Positions 35,863 through 49,326 of a stretch of DNA of 64,000 nucleotides are shown here, one piece after another (the stretch's first letter is position 1; each line of letters starts with the position of its first letter). The position numbers and the translations under genes are program-made. Source of the stretch: Takakia lepidozioides (lineage: Eukaryota; Plantae; Bryophyta); contig CM060733.1 in assembly GCA_030704615.1 (NCBI GenBank), positions 6,448,001 to 6,512,000 of the forward strand, given 5' to 3'. The notes beneath the pieces are model-generated. The model was given only the letters and a program-made list of their open reading frames with translations, did not search any database and was not told where the DNA came from.

Positions 35863-37322
35863 TCCTGGAGAGTCCCATTCCAGCCACCACTTCGAATCAG
35901 ACACTCGGCTCGGAATCAATCTCAGCCTCTCTTTGAACCATTACCGACAAGCTATCCTAGAACTGAAACAAAATATAGCACCCTCAGCACATTGGTTCAT
36001 CCACCAATCTGAGGCGAAAAAACTCGACGGCGTACCTATCCCGACAAAAAAAAACCATGATGGCAAGTAGGGGGGATGCTTGCATAAGACAACAAGGACC
36101 AGAGAGGAATGAGGAGAGCGCAAGAACAAGTCTTGCTTCCCTGTTTCTAGCATAGTTTACTTAATCTAGCTTCCACTGTGCCGCATTACCATCTATGAAA
36201 CCACTACGCCTAGTAACGCTCCATCACGTATCACCGATATCGTCTCTCTGCATGTTGAGATCGCTGAAGCTAAGAACAAATCGATCTACGAGGAAAAAAA
36301 GGGAGATCAAGTCTGCATTGCGGGCCGGAGCTTAAAAAAGGCACCTGGTCAAGGCTCAATGCAGGGTCGCAGATGCCCGAGTGCGCCAGGAAAGAACCAC
36401 ACACCGATGGCCTGCCACGAGAAAGCATTATGAAACAATTTGCTAGGTATCAATCACTTCAGACCTGCAGGCATCCTGACAGACAGAAGTCGCGATCTCA
36501 AGCATTTTGAAAAGCTAACCAAGAAAACGTTCAACCGCGAGAAGACCTAAGTATAACACAATTGTTAGCCAACTAAATCAGAAATATTTGCAAACCAGGC
36601 TGCTTATGCCACCATCCCTAGTTCCATGCGTCATGAAAAAAGCAAAGAGAGCGCCGGAGTACCTCTACTCCTGCAAACACTCCTCCCTGCCTGGTGCTGC
36701 TACACTGCATTCCACCTAATCGATAACTTCCTCCGTCTCACACCATCATCCCCGTGCCTAAACAGCGAACCTCGTTTGACGGAATCACAAACACGGCAAC
36801 GGCATTCCGACCTTGTAAACAACAGCAAAGACTCCAACACCACAACGTATTCCGGTACCTCGACGCGGGTCTCGGTTCAAGAGTGATGATGAGGGAGAGG
36901 GGAAAAGATTGCTGCACCGATGCAGCGACGAAAAAACAGGCAGCGGCAGCAACTGGCGGGAGGCAAGGGGGGAGCAATGGCACGGCAATCGCACATACGG
37001 ATTGCAGCGTCACTCTCCCGACCTGGCACGCCAACCCCTTCCTGTTCCTGCAGTCAAACGCTCCCTTAGTCTCCCCCTAACCACACTCGCACTCCACTCC
37101 ACGCGGCACACATCCATCCGCCACCTCACCACGATGACGACGCTCCCCGCCTGCGGATGATGATCAGCCTTCATGCGCGCCTCCCTCTTTACTCGCCTGC
37201 CTGCACATCCCTCTCTTCACCTTCCCCACTGCCCCTTCATTCCTTCACGATCTCCATCATCCCCCTCATTTCCCAGCAACAAAATGAAAACAGTTGATGT
37301 GGAATTCTAGCCTACTAATAAC

Positions 37323-37878
37323 CAGCGTTTTTTTCTTTGGCGAATTTTCGCCAAATGGCGACCTCAAAAAATAGAAAAGCATATTCCGTAGAAAATTCCA
37401 TGTTTTTTCATGGATGAAATCGCCAAATTTCTCCAATTTGTTTTTAAATAATGGATGAATTCACCAAATATGGATGATATGACTGGATGAAATTACGGAT
37501 GTGGATGATTCTGTCCTAATTTGAATGGATGAACAGAATATATGCCTAATCTCTGCAAAACTCTGTAGCCACTCGTGCTATTTTCCGAATTTAAAAAACA
37601 AAACTCTGCTAATAACCTACCCAGAGTCTCCAGTGGCTACTGAGTTTTGCAGGAAATAGCCATATTTTCTGTTCATCCACTGAAATTTGGACAGAATCAT
37701 CCTCCTCTGCACTTTCATCCATGTATATCATCCATATTAGGCCAATTCATCCTCAGTTTTTTTTTGGGGAGAATTTTGGCGATTTCATCCATGTGAAAAT
37801 AGGGAATTTACGACAGAATATTCGATTTGTGTTTTCTAGGTCGAAAAAGTGCGAAATTTCGCCAGAAATAAAAACATC
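37323..37878. mobile_element. Non-autonomous foldback/MITE with long imperfect inverted arms and GGATGAA/TTCATCC subrepeats
   Basis: ~37326-37436 is inverted relative to ~37767-37876 (TTTGGCGAATTTTCGC...ATGGATGAAATCGCCAAA). An inner IR pairs 37555-37574 with 37632-37651. Similar GGATGA motifs occur at 21030-21260. Confidence 0.65.
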
Positions 37879-38016
37879 CATCTCTTCCATCCATCTCTTC
37901 CATCCATCTCTTTGTCTTATTACCCCCTATTGATGACCCAGACATCCATCTCTTTCTCTTATGACCCCCTATGGCCGTCGTATCTGGACCCATACTTATT
38001 TTTTTTAAGGGAACAA

Positions 38017-38111
38017 ATTGAAAGCATTCCGTCCGATCTTCCGGTGTTTTGTCATATAAGACTGATACTTGTATGACAAAACACTGGAAGATCGGACGGA
38101 ATGCTTTCAAT
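38017..38111. repeat. 44-bp inverted repeat with a 7-nt loop
   Basis: Arms 38017-38060 and 38068-38111, 2 mismatches. Confidence 0.9.
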
Positions 38112-39196
38112 ATTCGTTGTAATCATAACTTTCTTTGGTGATCTTTTGCGACCGAGAGCGGTGGCGGCAATGACCACGGAAGACAAAACAAAAAAAGAGT
38201 GTATAAAAGAGTGTTGCGAATCGCGGGGGTTGAAATCCGCAAGGTTCTCACATAATGTCATTGTTAAATAATGAAAAATTGCTGGTTGTGAGCTGGATGG
38301 AATCCCTTGTGTTAAGGGAAGCAATCCGCCGAATTGCAAATTGCCAGCCTGGGAAAATTACTTCTAGAAGCTTTATATTCATGTGTAAAAAGTGAAGAAA
38401 GGAAAGTCTGATGTGTTGTGTCACAAGTGAAGCAAGGAAAGCCTGGTGTGTCGCCACAAATTAGTGCAGCTAGTGCTTGATCATGTTTCTCTCACAGGCA
38501 GAGAAAGCTTTGGGTGCTTTTGCACTGCAGATGAACTCCTATGTTTTTCACCCAGAGGCTTGGGCAAACCACAGGGTGCACATGCTATCATACCAGAGCA
38601 GAGTTTTTTAAAGCATGAGCATTGAATCAGACCATCACCTGCATTTGTACAGACCTGAGTTTTTCATTTTTGTGTGAACATAGCTGTTGAACTCCTATGC
38701 TCTTTTGTAGCTCGACAGACAGTTTGAGTTGTTCAATGTTCAAATTGATTCAGCTGCAGATGGACATTTCTGGATCCAAGGTTTGGCTCTCCAGATCATC
38801 TGAGAGAGCCAGATTGACAGATGCACATAGGTCCTTTTCAAAGTCACTGTTTACCTTAGCAGGACTTCTGATTCTGCTTCAATTTAGAAATTCACCAACT
38901 TCAAAAACACTTTTCAAGGCCGACAATAATATATGATTTCACCCTAGGACAATCAACTAATAATGGACTGGATGATTTCTCCGGAGTTTGTCTAAAGGCA
39001 ATTCACAGCATACACTTTTAAGTAGCTGTTTACTCTAGCAACATTTTGGATTCTCTTCTTCAATTCCGGAAGTTCATAACTTCAAAACACTTTTCAAGGA
39101 CAACTATCATATATGATTTGACCCCAGGACAAGCAACTAAAAGTGGGGTAGATGATTTCTCCAGAGTTTGTCACATGGCGATTCACACCATACATG

Positions 39197-41812
39197 TCAA
39201 GCCACCTTCTCCTTAGGCACATATGGATAGCGCTGATGGATGATGGTGCTGCAGACCACCAGAGGTAGGGCGGCCACCACATAGCCTGAGGGCTCCACTC
39301 CATCCACCACAAAATCTAGTGCTGCTGTTACAAGCAATGCCGACACTATGACAAAACCCTGCACCTCACCCCAAAGAACAAGATTCAATGGTCATACTCC
39401 AGTATAAAGATGTGACAGAAAGCACAGAATCCTAAGGGCCAAAGCAATACCACTGAATCTGCATGCTGGTTTGTCCTATCTAGAAATTGCACGCTCAAAT
39501 CCAATCAATTGTGGCACCAAAACAACAAAACTCTCCAACAAGGGCACCCACCTTTTTCACACCACCAGCATACTGAGTAACAAGCCCCACCAAAATTCCG
39601 CCAACAGCATTGGTTACAACAGGCAGCTGCCATACAAACCACGCACACATGTCTTACATAAGCCAGTTGGATAGCAGGAGAAACACTGAAACTCATGGAA
39701 TGACTATATCACCGTTGAACAGTTAGCCAAATGACCGAGAACACAGGAATTGCAGAATCCAAGGCTCACTAAAGTCAGAGAGGGACAGGGCAACAACTCA
39801 CAAATGTCAGGTGATTCCAACCATGGAAGAAGCCGCGCTGACGAATGCCTTCCCCATCAGGAGACCACAACATGCTAACCAGCAAGCACATGCTTCCAAA
39901 GGTGGACATCTCTAATGTCATCAAGTATGTATTCCTGCGTTTTACCTGTGCAACCTTTAGTGAACCACTGCCCACCAATGCATATGAAAACAAGATCTTG
40001 CGAGAAGACCGCAAAATTATTGTACCTGAGAAGCCCATTGGCAAAGAGTAGAGGCCAGGCCCGATAGAAAGGATGCAATCAGGATCGGCAGTATTCCCAA
40101 CACCAGTGTAAGATGTTCCGCCTGCTTAGTGTGCTGCTTAGGTGAGCCTTTACCATGGCTCAACAATACGGCAGCCAGTAGCAGCATTATGAGGGCAACC
40201 ACCTGTGGTCGCGACTGCCTTTGCCTGCACCATCATCCTTTGCAAACTCCTTCAAGCCCATTCATGAACTTTCCATCATGGACCAACTATTGCCAACTTG
40301 AAACTATAGACTGTCATGAAGTTTGAGAAAAGGAGGTCCTTTCATCCTTTCCTGTTGCTATTTTACAGGACCATAACTCTTCTATGGATACAAATGTGAA
40401 CATAAAATGGTCCAAAGTCAGTCCTAGACAATAGGACAACAAGCACACAGCTCACTTGCAGTTGATCGCTCCAATAAGGGCATTTGTCAAAATATAAAAG
40501 CAACTTGTATGGCTCATGCATCCTTTTAACTGTATCTCACTGTGATGCAACAGACAAATCATCACCTCTTTCTGCAGATTACCTACCGAAGGAATAGAAA
40601 CATGAAGAGCGCAGTGAAAACCAGTTTCGTCTGATTCAAGAGTGAGAAGGTGAGCGAATCCAAATGGCGATAGGATATCTGTAGCAGCGTGTTCTGCAAT
40701 GCATACACAGCAGCTGGCAGTGCCGAGGCTCGTAGTGATTCCACCAACTTCCACTCTTTGGGTAGGCTCCAGAGGCTGCCATCCCATCCCATGACTAACA
40801 GCGCCCCAACACTCTGAACCCACAGATATCACCCACCAGCAGGATTCTGCATGAGGTTTGCAAGTGAGTCAGACCTCCAATTTTGAAATGACAAAGTTGA
40901 CTAGTCAGTGTCTCACCTACAGCAGCAAGCAGGCAGGCAGTCCCCTCCAGCAGGTAGCAGCAAACCATGTACCTTGACCATTTCACATGTAAGCACTGCT
41001 GATGTCATTATTACTTGCCTCCTGCCAACGCCTCCCATCCACCATCCCAAACACATCGCATCCCCTCAGCTCAACTTCCAAATGAGTGCAAGCGTGAGAC
41101 ACCCTCTGCCCCCAAAGACAACATCTACATTTGTAGGGCATTGCGCATGAAAAGGGACAATAAAAATTCATAAAACAGCCAAAGCCATAGACAGCAAAGG
41201 TCCAGAAGGCCTGTAATCAGATCTGTGGTCCATCCAAACCGTGGTCGTATATCGAACCGAATATGTTGCCAGTGCTGGCATCGAATGTGCCCAGAATCTG
41301 TCCACGATCTTAACCACAAGAGGTCCTAAGTTTCGTTGTCTACAAAGGTAGGAGGTGTAATTATGAACTATACTGCCGAGCACTGCATCTACATTGACCT
41401 GATCAGTGGTGAAACATCATGAAGGAACCGATTAAAAGCCCGTTCTGGCATATAAATTCCCAAGGGAAATGGTTTGCAGCGACATTTATCACATGAAAAT
41501 CGGAGCGCAACAATTTGCAGGACCAAATCTAGTAATGGGAAGTCAAATCCATCCGCATGCAATACCTGTAACGGCTAAATTTGCTTAGAAGCACTTCGAT
41601 AGATTTACAGACGCTACCCAGATACCCATCTACTAACAGCCGGAAAATTTCATTATGCAAGAGCCCTGAATAAATCACAAGGGAAAGAAAAGCTACCCAG
41701 TGAAGCGTTTAGATATAAGGGGCTGCACGCCATACTGCACTGTCAACGCCACCATCAACAGCGCTGTTCTGCGCTGCTGCAGCTGCACTCGTTGATGCTC
41801 TTTAGTCGCCAT
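39197..41812 (-). CDS. ROCK1: Nucleotide-sugar transporter, ROCK1 / CMP-sialic acid transporter 5-like, multi-exon
   Basis: LTVQYGVQPLISKRF, TSAVLTCEMVK, LPAAVYALQNTLLQISYRHLDSLTFSLLNQTK, SGLASTLCQWASQV, GGILVGLVTQYAGGVKKGFVIVSALLVTA; the exons splice in frame. Confidence 0.88.
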
Positions 41813-43278
41813 GGCTCCCTCTCTCTCTCTACAATATTTCTCGGTCTTCTCTCAACACGCACGACAACAGAGAAAGCAAGCAGTGCAGAGAAGAATTTGG
41901 GTTGTAGCAATTAGGGCTGGCTTGCAAGAGGCCAGACCGTTAAATTTGAAGAGTATGCGTATTGGGCTTACAGACTTGCATCCTCACTTGTCTCCGAGAG
42001 CGCCGGTTCATACAATTAGATTCCGTACCGATCTGATTCAATGACATATCTCTTTATTACGACAGAGATGCTTGTGCATAGACATTAGGCAGTTTCATCA
42101 TTCTTCATTTAGGCAGTTTAGTTCCTGCATGCTCAATATAAGTATCCAAGTTGTTGGAGAGACTGAACGTGCCCTCTTTCTTCTCCAGTACCTCGGCTAC
42201 TTTGCTGCATATCTACACGAGGCTCTCAACATTATCAATGCAAAGTACACTGGTACTTTGTACTTGTGGTGGCCACACTGGGCCTGACTATCCTTTCTGG
42301 GGTCTCCCTAGTGTTCCCTATGTGCTGGGAGCTCTTGGGGCTTCCCATGTACTCTGACTGTGTAGATCTGTATGCAGTGTAGGGTGCTGGATGCTAAACT
42401 TCCCTTCCTTCTTTTTCTTTCATTGCATATATGGACATATTAGTCCACAGCAGAGCCTTTGCATTAGTAATTGCAACTGCACAGCCTCTGTCCACCTTAG
42501 CAGTTCTTCACAATGGAGCAAGGATGGAACTAGGGGAACACTTCCATACATGGCATTAGAGGGAGGGCTTTATGTAGGTATCCTGTTTTTGGTGAATTCT
42601 GGCAAAAACATTATCTTACGATGAGAAAAATAACAGCTCTCACACACAGTAATCTTGCTGCAAGAGGTACAAGTGTCTCAAACAAGTTGATGTCCAGGAT
42701 TCTTGAAATTGAGTTCAACAAAAGTTGTTTGTGGCCTTGCATCATAACCATCAACTTCTGCTATGGTCAACTGTCATGGATGAAGTTCCTCAGCTAAGTC
42801 CAGCCCCTCTCACCGTCTCTCCAATGACTGATGCAGATAAGACTCATTTCGATGAACTCAGGTTACATACCTGCCAATCTCATTGGAATGAATGACACAC
42901 GAATCTACAACTTTCCAGTTGCAGCCAAATCACCCTACACCAGCAGTAGTGTCTTATGAAATCGAGTGCTATGCCTGATTGCATCCTACTTCCTCATATT
43001 GGGTGAGGTTTAAATTGTAGAGTCCCACTAAACAATCACGCCGTTAGCATCAGGAATATGGACAAAACAACTTCTGCGGCTTGGAACAGGTCCACAGTGC
43101 AACTAACGTGCAAACAGTGGCTCACGATTTCACAATTGAGAGGGATAACTGGACTATGACCTCCTAACTCTGAACAACAGGATATTAAGGAAAGGTGAGC
43201 AAAATCATTTGGAGATGTCTTAGCTGAAGAGACCATATGTTGTATTCAAGGCTGAGACCTCCGTGGTGGTCAAAGAGA

Positions 43279-46200
43279 CTACAAACTAAGGCTGCCACGC
43301 TCCACCCGTTGAACCCGTTGTACTTCTTCCAAGTCACCCAAGAAACTGCATTTGTATACAAGGACTGCATAAGAACGCATTCCCTTCAAATAACAAGAGC
43401 TGACATGATTCTAGTACCTCCTACAAACGTTCTGGCATGGTTCTGTTTCCAACATGTCCGAATGATAGCTAATGAAACCTGTAGTCTTACCTTGATGAAT
43501 TTTGTACTACTGTGCCACCAAGTATAACCCGTGTTCCTGTAGGAGTGGCATTCAGTAGATTGACTGTGCGAGCTTCTTCATAAGTGGTGCCCCCCACAAT
43601 GAACACCACCACATCTTGTGGCCTGCGACACAGAATGATTGTCACTGCGTATGCCCACACAGAAAATTGCAAAAAAGTGACCTACAGTACAGTCGCAAAG
43701 CTGATCTGCAGGTCGGTCTGCCCTTACTACATGGTGCACCTCACGTGTACACAAAGGATGCCTGCACACATGGCCATGCTGACAACCTTCTATGCCGAAA
43801 CAGATGCAATGCAAAGACGGGGCTAAAGAAAAGCTGAAGTTAGATGGACTACAGCCTTCTGCAACTAATACAACCACAGAACCAGTTACCTGGTTCAACC
43901 TCTCAGGCTACTAACCGGCCCTGTTGGAAAAAATTGCAACCTTCTGCAGCTAAACCAGACAAAGAACCAGTAACCAGGTGAAAAGGACTTCCAAAACTCC
44001 TAAGGCTACTGACCTGCCCTGTTGGAAATGATTCCCAACAAACGGATAGTCGAGGTCACGTAGACGACCCCGTACAATGCTCTCAATGGTTTGTGCAAGT
44101 AGTGGTTGGTGTTGCGTGTAAACGTTCTCCACTCCCTGCTTCCAAGATACAGCAGCATCTAGTGAACCCTACTATCGATTGCTTCATGTTGGCAAATGAG
44201 GTACAAGACGATGGATGATATCCTTTGCAGGAAGGGGGACTAAGGTCACCCAAGTGCTCAGAAAGAGTCATTCGCCACTTCAAAAGACCCAGTCCTTACG
44301 GCAAACATTAGAGCTCACTGGAATACTAGCCTTGCAGTTACTCCTATTTGCAGAAAGTGCCAATTGTCAACACCTCCCGCCGCCCATACCTCTAGTATCC
44401 ACTCTAAAAGGTACAGGGGCTGGTTGCGACTAGAGCGAACCACAGTTGGCCTGAAGGCTGACAGTAGCTCATGTTTAAATGGATCACCTTAAGGCCACGG
44501 GCCATGTTGCGAGCCTTGTTCAAAAGGTCCCGGTTCCAGAACAAATCACCAGTCCTTCTGTCAAAGCCTGCCTGCCTCAACAACGTATGTACTAGCTGCA
44601 TCAAACACATTCTTCTTAGCCCATACACAACTGCTGAAAATCACAAAGGAGCCTAGCAAGAGGTGACTGCAGCACTCACTCTACCATCTTCTCCCTTCCC
44701 ACTCCTCCCCACCCTCTCACCACCAAAGGCAACAAAATCCTTCCGAAAGCTTACATACCCCAGGCTTATACTTGCTAGGCCAAGACGTAAGACGGTTAAT
44801 AAGCTGCTCCATAGATTGGGGACTCTCCCTTTCATAACGAAGTGCGTACAGCGCCACCAGCCGTAGCCTATCAATGTCGGAAGTCTTCTCATTGTTCAAC
44901 TGATTCAAAACCGCCTGCATCCCTTCACTCTAATGTATTAGCTCGGGCCCTATTTGGCATACACATTGGCAATTGCTGAAACCAACCAAAATCTTGATAA
45001 AACAGAAGAACAGCTGACAATCCATATGATGGATTAGTCGGCTGATTCTCGGGTTCCAGATCGATTATTCAGAAACACGGAGAAACCCTCTGCCCCAAAA
45101 CATAAAGAGATAGCATAGATATTTATCAAAGCGTTTGGTAGGTTATGGACACCAATTCAGGTGAATAAGTGGAGGGAAAACCTCAAACGCAACAGCCTGG
45201 CCAGCATTACATGCAAGCTCCTGTTCAATCTGCGAGATGGCCATAAGCTGGCGCTCATCCACAATGCGGCTCAACTCAGTCATCATAGTTACATGCTTTG
45301 ACACATTGCCATGCTGCTTGCGATACTCTGGGTAGTTCTCTACAAACTTCACCATATCCTCTGCACTCACCCCAACTTGCAGTCTTTCAGTGCACATAGA
45401 TTCAATTTTGAGAGTCGAATTACTCCTTTTCCTTCATAAACCAAATCTCTCTGTCACTCTCTGTCCTCTGTCTCCGCATCCAAATAAGAATGTCCAGAGT
45501 AAACTTAAGACGTCAGTCACCAAACATCCGACCACCATCACCGACAACTCCCTACTGACTTCAGCACCTGATAGTGGATGTGGTTCAATATGTAAATGAA
45601 TGTGCATAAACAGGGGCATATGTTTATGAAAGTAGCCAGTTTTAATCAGGACACAGGGAAACTAAGCATAATTGGCAAGTACTAGAATGTCTATTGCTGC
45701 AGTCTTCCTTTTGTCAAATTTTTCTTCAAAGCTGTAGGATTGCACAGACCAAAAGGTATGCTTCAATTTCAGGCTCAGTGTGAGACAGTATGTGCAGAAC
45801 CTAGAATGCTGCAAGGAGTACTGCCATCACTGAGTTCTCCCAGATCAGACTCTGATCTCATAAGAAAATCATACCAGCCGCATTTAAATGGTGTGACACA
45901 AGCTACCTTACGAGGGTTACAAAAAACAGACCAAGCGACTGGATGTTCTGATTGCTTTGGGCTTTTGACTGGAACTCATCCACCAATCTCTTGATGTTAG
46001 CTCCCAGATCCCCGAAATTCTCGTACATATTGGCCTTGTAAAATGTGTCCTGCTGTGATGACAACACAACCTCCTATATCACCCAACCCCCCATTGCTCC
46101 TCTATATCAGCTTCTCACCTTATACACGAATTGTGACACGCAATCATAACCCATAACCCAGGAAAGCACAGAGAACACACCTGCAAGTCCTTCGGCACTT

Positions 46201-48215
46201 TGGGGAGCTTGGTAAGGTCCACACGATTGTCTTGAATGCCAAGGAGTTCATGCACCATGGCCTGCATTCCACCACTTTCACCTCAGTCTAAACGGCATAA
46301 AAGCAACACCATTGCAGTGCGCCATACTCCTTACAACACAACCTTATGTTTCAAATGACTTCTGAAATAAATATCTCAAAATCCTTTAGCCAACACCTCT
46401 CCAGGAGACCAACCCTCTCTAGAAAAGTGTGAATGGCATAATAAATGCCATTCATAATGCCTGCATACAGCCACCATAAAAATAAGTAGACGAGATAAAC
46501 CCAAGAAGAAATGAACCCTGTGACTCATCATAAATACAGAAGGGCACTAGAAAATCATTCGAATTGGCACCTGGTAGGTCCACTGGTTCAGTAATGGTGT
46601 GACAGGATCATCCCGTCTATCAATCACCAAAAGCAAGGGTGCAACCTCTGTCCGCCTGAAATCAAACAATCCAGGCTCCTGTTCGTACATCAGCCTCTGC
46701 AGCAATACAACCACTGTGTGCGCCTCAGTTCTCCATAAAACCCACGAAAGGAGCCATTTGATAGCTGGGCCTTCAAAGCAGTGTAACAGCAGAAAGGCCA
46801 ACAAACAAATGGAGACATGTATATGGTATGCACTTGTTTGATGATCCAAACACAAATCTTTTGCACAGAGCTTGTACATGAATAACCTACAGTTTAAGAT
46901 CATACAGGAGGAGAAAACTCAAAATTTCAAACAGGATGAGGCATACAGACCGCAGAATCTTGAGCTATGCGACGGGCAATTTCAGAGCTACGCTGGTATC
47001 GAATAACAGGGCGCTTCTTCAAAGACAAGAAGACTGCAGCAATGCCGTCCAGCATGCGATCGCAGGCCTGCTGGCTGTTATGTGGATCCAGCACTGTGGG
47101 CAACATGCACAGGTAATTCGCAGGGAGATTCAGTGTGAAATGGTAAGGGTCAATCGCAAAATAGTCGGCATAGAACTCCTGCAATGCAAACCCACACTTG
47201 TCACGTGTCTACTACAGTCCCATGTCTACCATCTGACATAAACAAGCACGTTCACAGCCCACAGCCTTCAATCCATGTCATGACATCTACCTGTCTTGCT
47301 TTCCACTTTTGGACAAAACCCAGATAAACAATGCAAGAGTGCTCAAAACATGTTACCTGCACTTCTTGCACAAGGTCATTTTCATCGGCGTCTGCAAGGA
47401 TCTGAATGTAGGATTTCTTAAGAATGTTTGTGAAAACTGCGCCACACATGACAAACCCATGTTATTGTCAGAAGCTACGATCCATTGAGAACCCAGGAAG
47501 GTATAACTGCAATAGCTAGGTCACATTCCAGCTGAGAAGCGACTACAAAGAATTGATGGGGACTCCAAAACCTACTCAAATGGAATTCTCCAAATAGCGG
47601 ATTGTTCAAGTGGCGCTTTAGATGCTGGATGTTATCAGCACTGGGCCGTAGGAATGTAACTGCCTTGAGATGGAGCATAGCCTCCTTGGCTTGAGCATCC
47701 ACCTTCTCCACCAGAAATACTTCCTTCTGCAACAGCTCTGACTGGCTCATTGCCACGCTGATAATGCCAATCTGCACCCTCCCCCATCCACCTAATCGAT
47801 ACCTATTCCACGTACAAATTCTTCACGCGGAATTTCTTAGGTGCGACAGAACAGAAATACCCCCAATGTACTGGAGGCCGACAGGCAAATTCGTGACAAT
47901 GCTGTTACTTACTCAGCCTAGTACTTTCAGATCAAAGTTTGCTCATGAAGACCATTCGATCTAGAAAAACCCGCTCAAATTCGGACGGAACATAAAGCTC
48001 CAATGACGCATTAAAGTGCAGAACACAAGCAGGCTTACACCAAGTTATAAACAGAGTTGTTCTGATTGATTACAATAACAAGTAGAAGCAGCATAGGAAA
48101 AGGAGAAGAGGAAATTGAGTCACACAGTTTGCGCATCGAGGATGAGGACTTTCATGCCGGATATGTCATTAAGCATGCGGTTCAGGTAGTCGCGCACCGC
48201 GCCCACGAGCACCAT
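43279..48215 (-). CDS. VPS45: Vacuolar protein sorting 45 (Sec1/Munc18 family), multi-exon
   Basis: MVLVGAVRDYLNRMLNDISGMKVLILD, SQSELLQKEVFLVE, DRRDDPVTPLLNQWTYQ, HGNVSKHV, ENVYTQHQP and FIVGGTTYEEAR. The last exon FLGDLEEVQR..SL* ends at 43279. Confidence 0.96.
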
Positions 48216-49326
48216 GATGACGCCTCCAGCAATGGGCGTTCGTCCTCTCTTCCGGGTCCACAGCGAGGACTACACCAACTCCAACAAGTCCGCAACAGCT
48301 TGTACGCTCGCTACTTCCTTCCTCCGCCACATGGCTGATCTCATCATCAACAACCCATCCACATCAGCCCTACCAACGATTCTTGAGCTTCCAGATCTCA
48401 CTGTCCATCAACTATGAAACAACCCACTCGTCGCACCATTACCATTGCAGGGATCGCAAAAAGGAACCCGAGGATTAATCATCTGGGCGAAACCCATCCT
48501 CGGCGTATACCCAGATCGTCAATTCTTGAGCTCCCTCTTCGATCAGAGCTACGTACTTCAGTGAGTGGGCACGTCGGTGGGCAACTCCAAGAAGGTTCTC
48601 CCTCAGTGACACGCTTAGGTGTGTTTCCACATTTTCTTTGGCTTTTCTTAGTTCGCGCACACTTGGTTTAACACAGCGGGTAACTAACTACTGTAGTATT
48701 CCATCTTGCAAGTTTTTCGATGTGTCTCGATCTTATTGCGTGCTGGAAAAGCGTAGAGAGGCTGTAACCTCATTGGAGCAACACATTCTGCAAACGGTGC
48801 TCACGAATTTGTTTTTGTTTTCGATGCGTGTATGAGTCTTTGTTAGTGTGCGGAATCCTGATGACACAACTTCTCTTCGCCATCATTTCATATACACGTA
48901 GCCCTTTAGTGCTTACATAGCAAGAAAACAAGACGGAACCCAACTCCCGATTTGAGAGAGACGAAGGACAGACACTCGGCGGTGCGTTGTGGGGGGGGCT
49001 CGCGTGCTGTACTGTGTGCGCTAGCCTACCCACCCACACACATGATTTGCACAGCGGAAGTGCAGCACGCACTATAACTTATCCGTTACTGGCATGTGCC
49101 TCCAGTAACTCCTTTTGTCTCTCTCTGCCTTCATCACCGTCTTAATTTCCGCTAGTCTTGGCTTTGCGGTGCCTTGCCTATTTTTATGTGCTAATCTCTT
49201 CTCTTGCCGCCACCGCCCTCCCCACTCTGTGGATTTTCTTGTGTGTCTGTGTTTCCAGCCTCGTTCAAGGGGAAGGGGTTCAGAGGATGAGAGAGTAGTC
49301 TATGGAGGTGGTGAGGCCGCGGTGAG

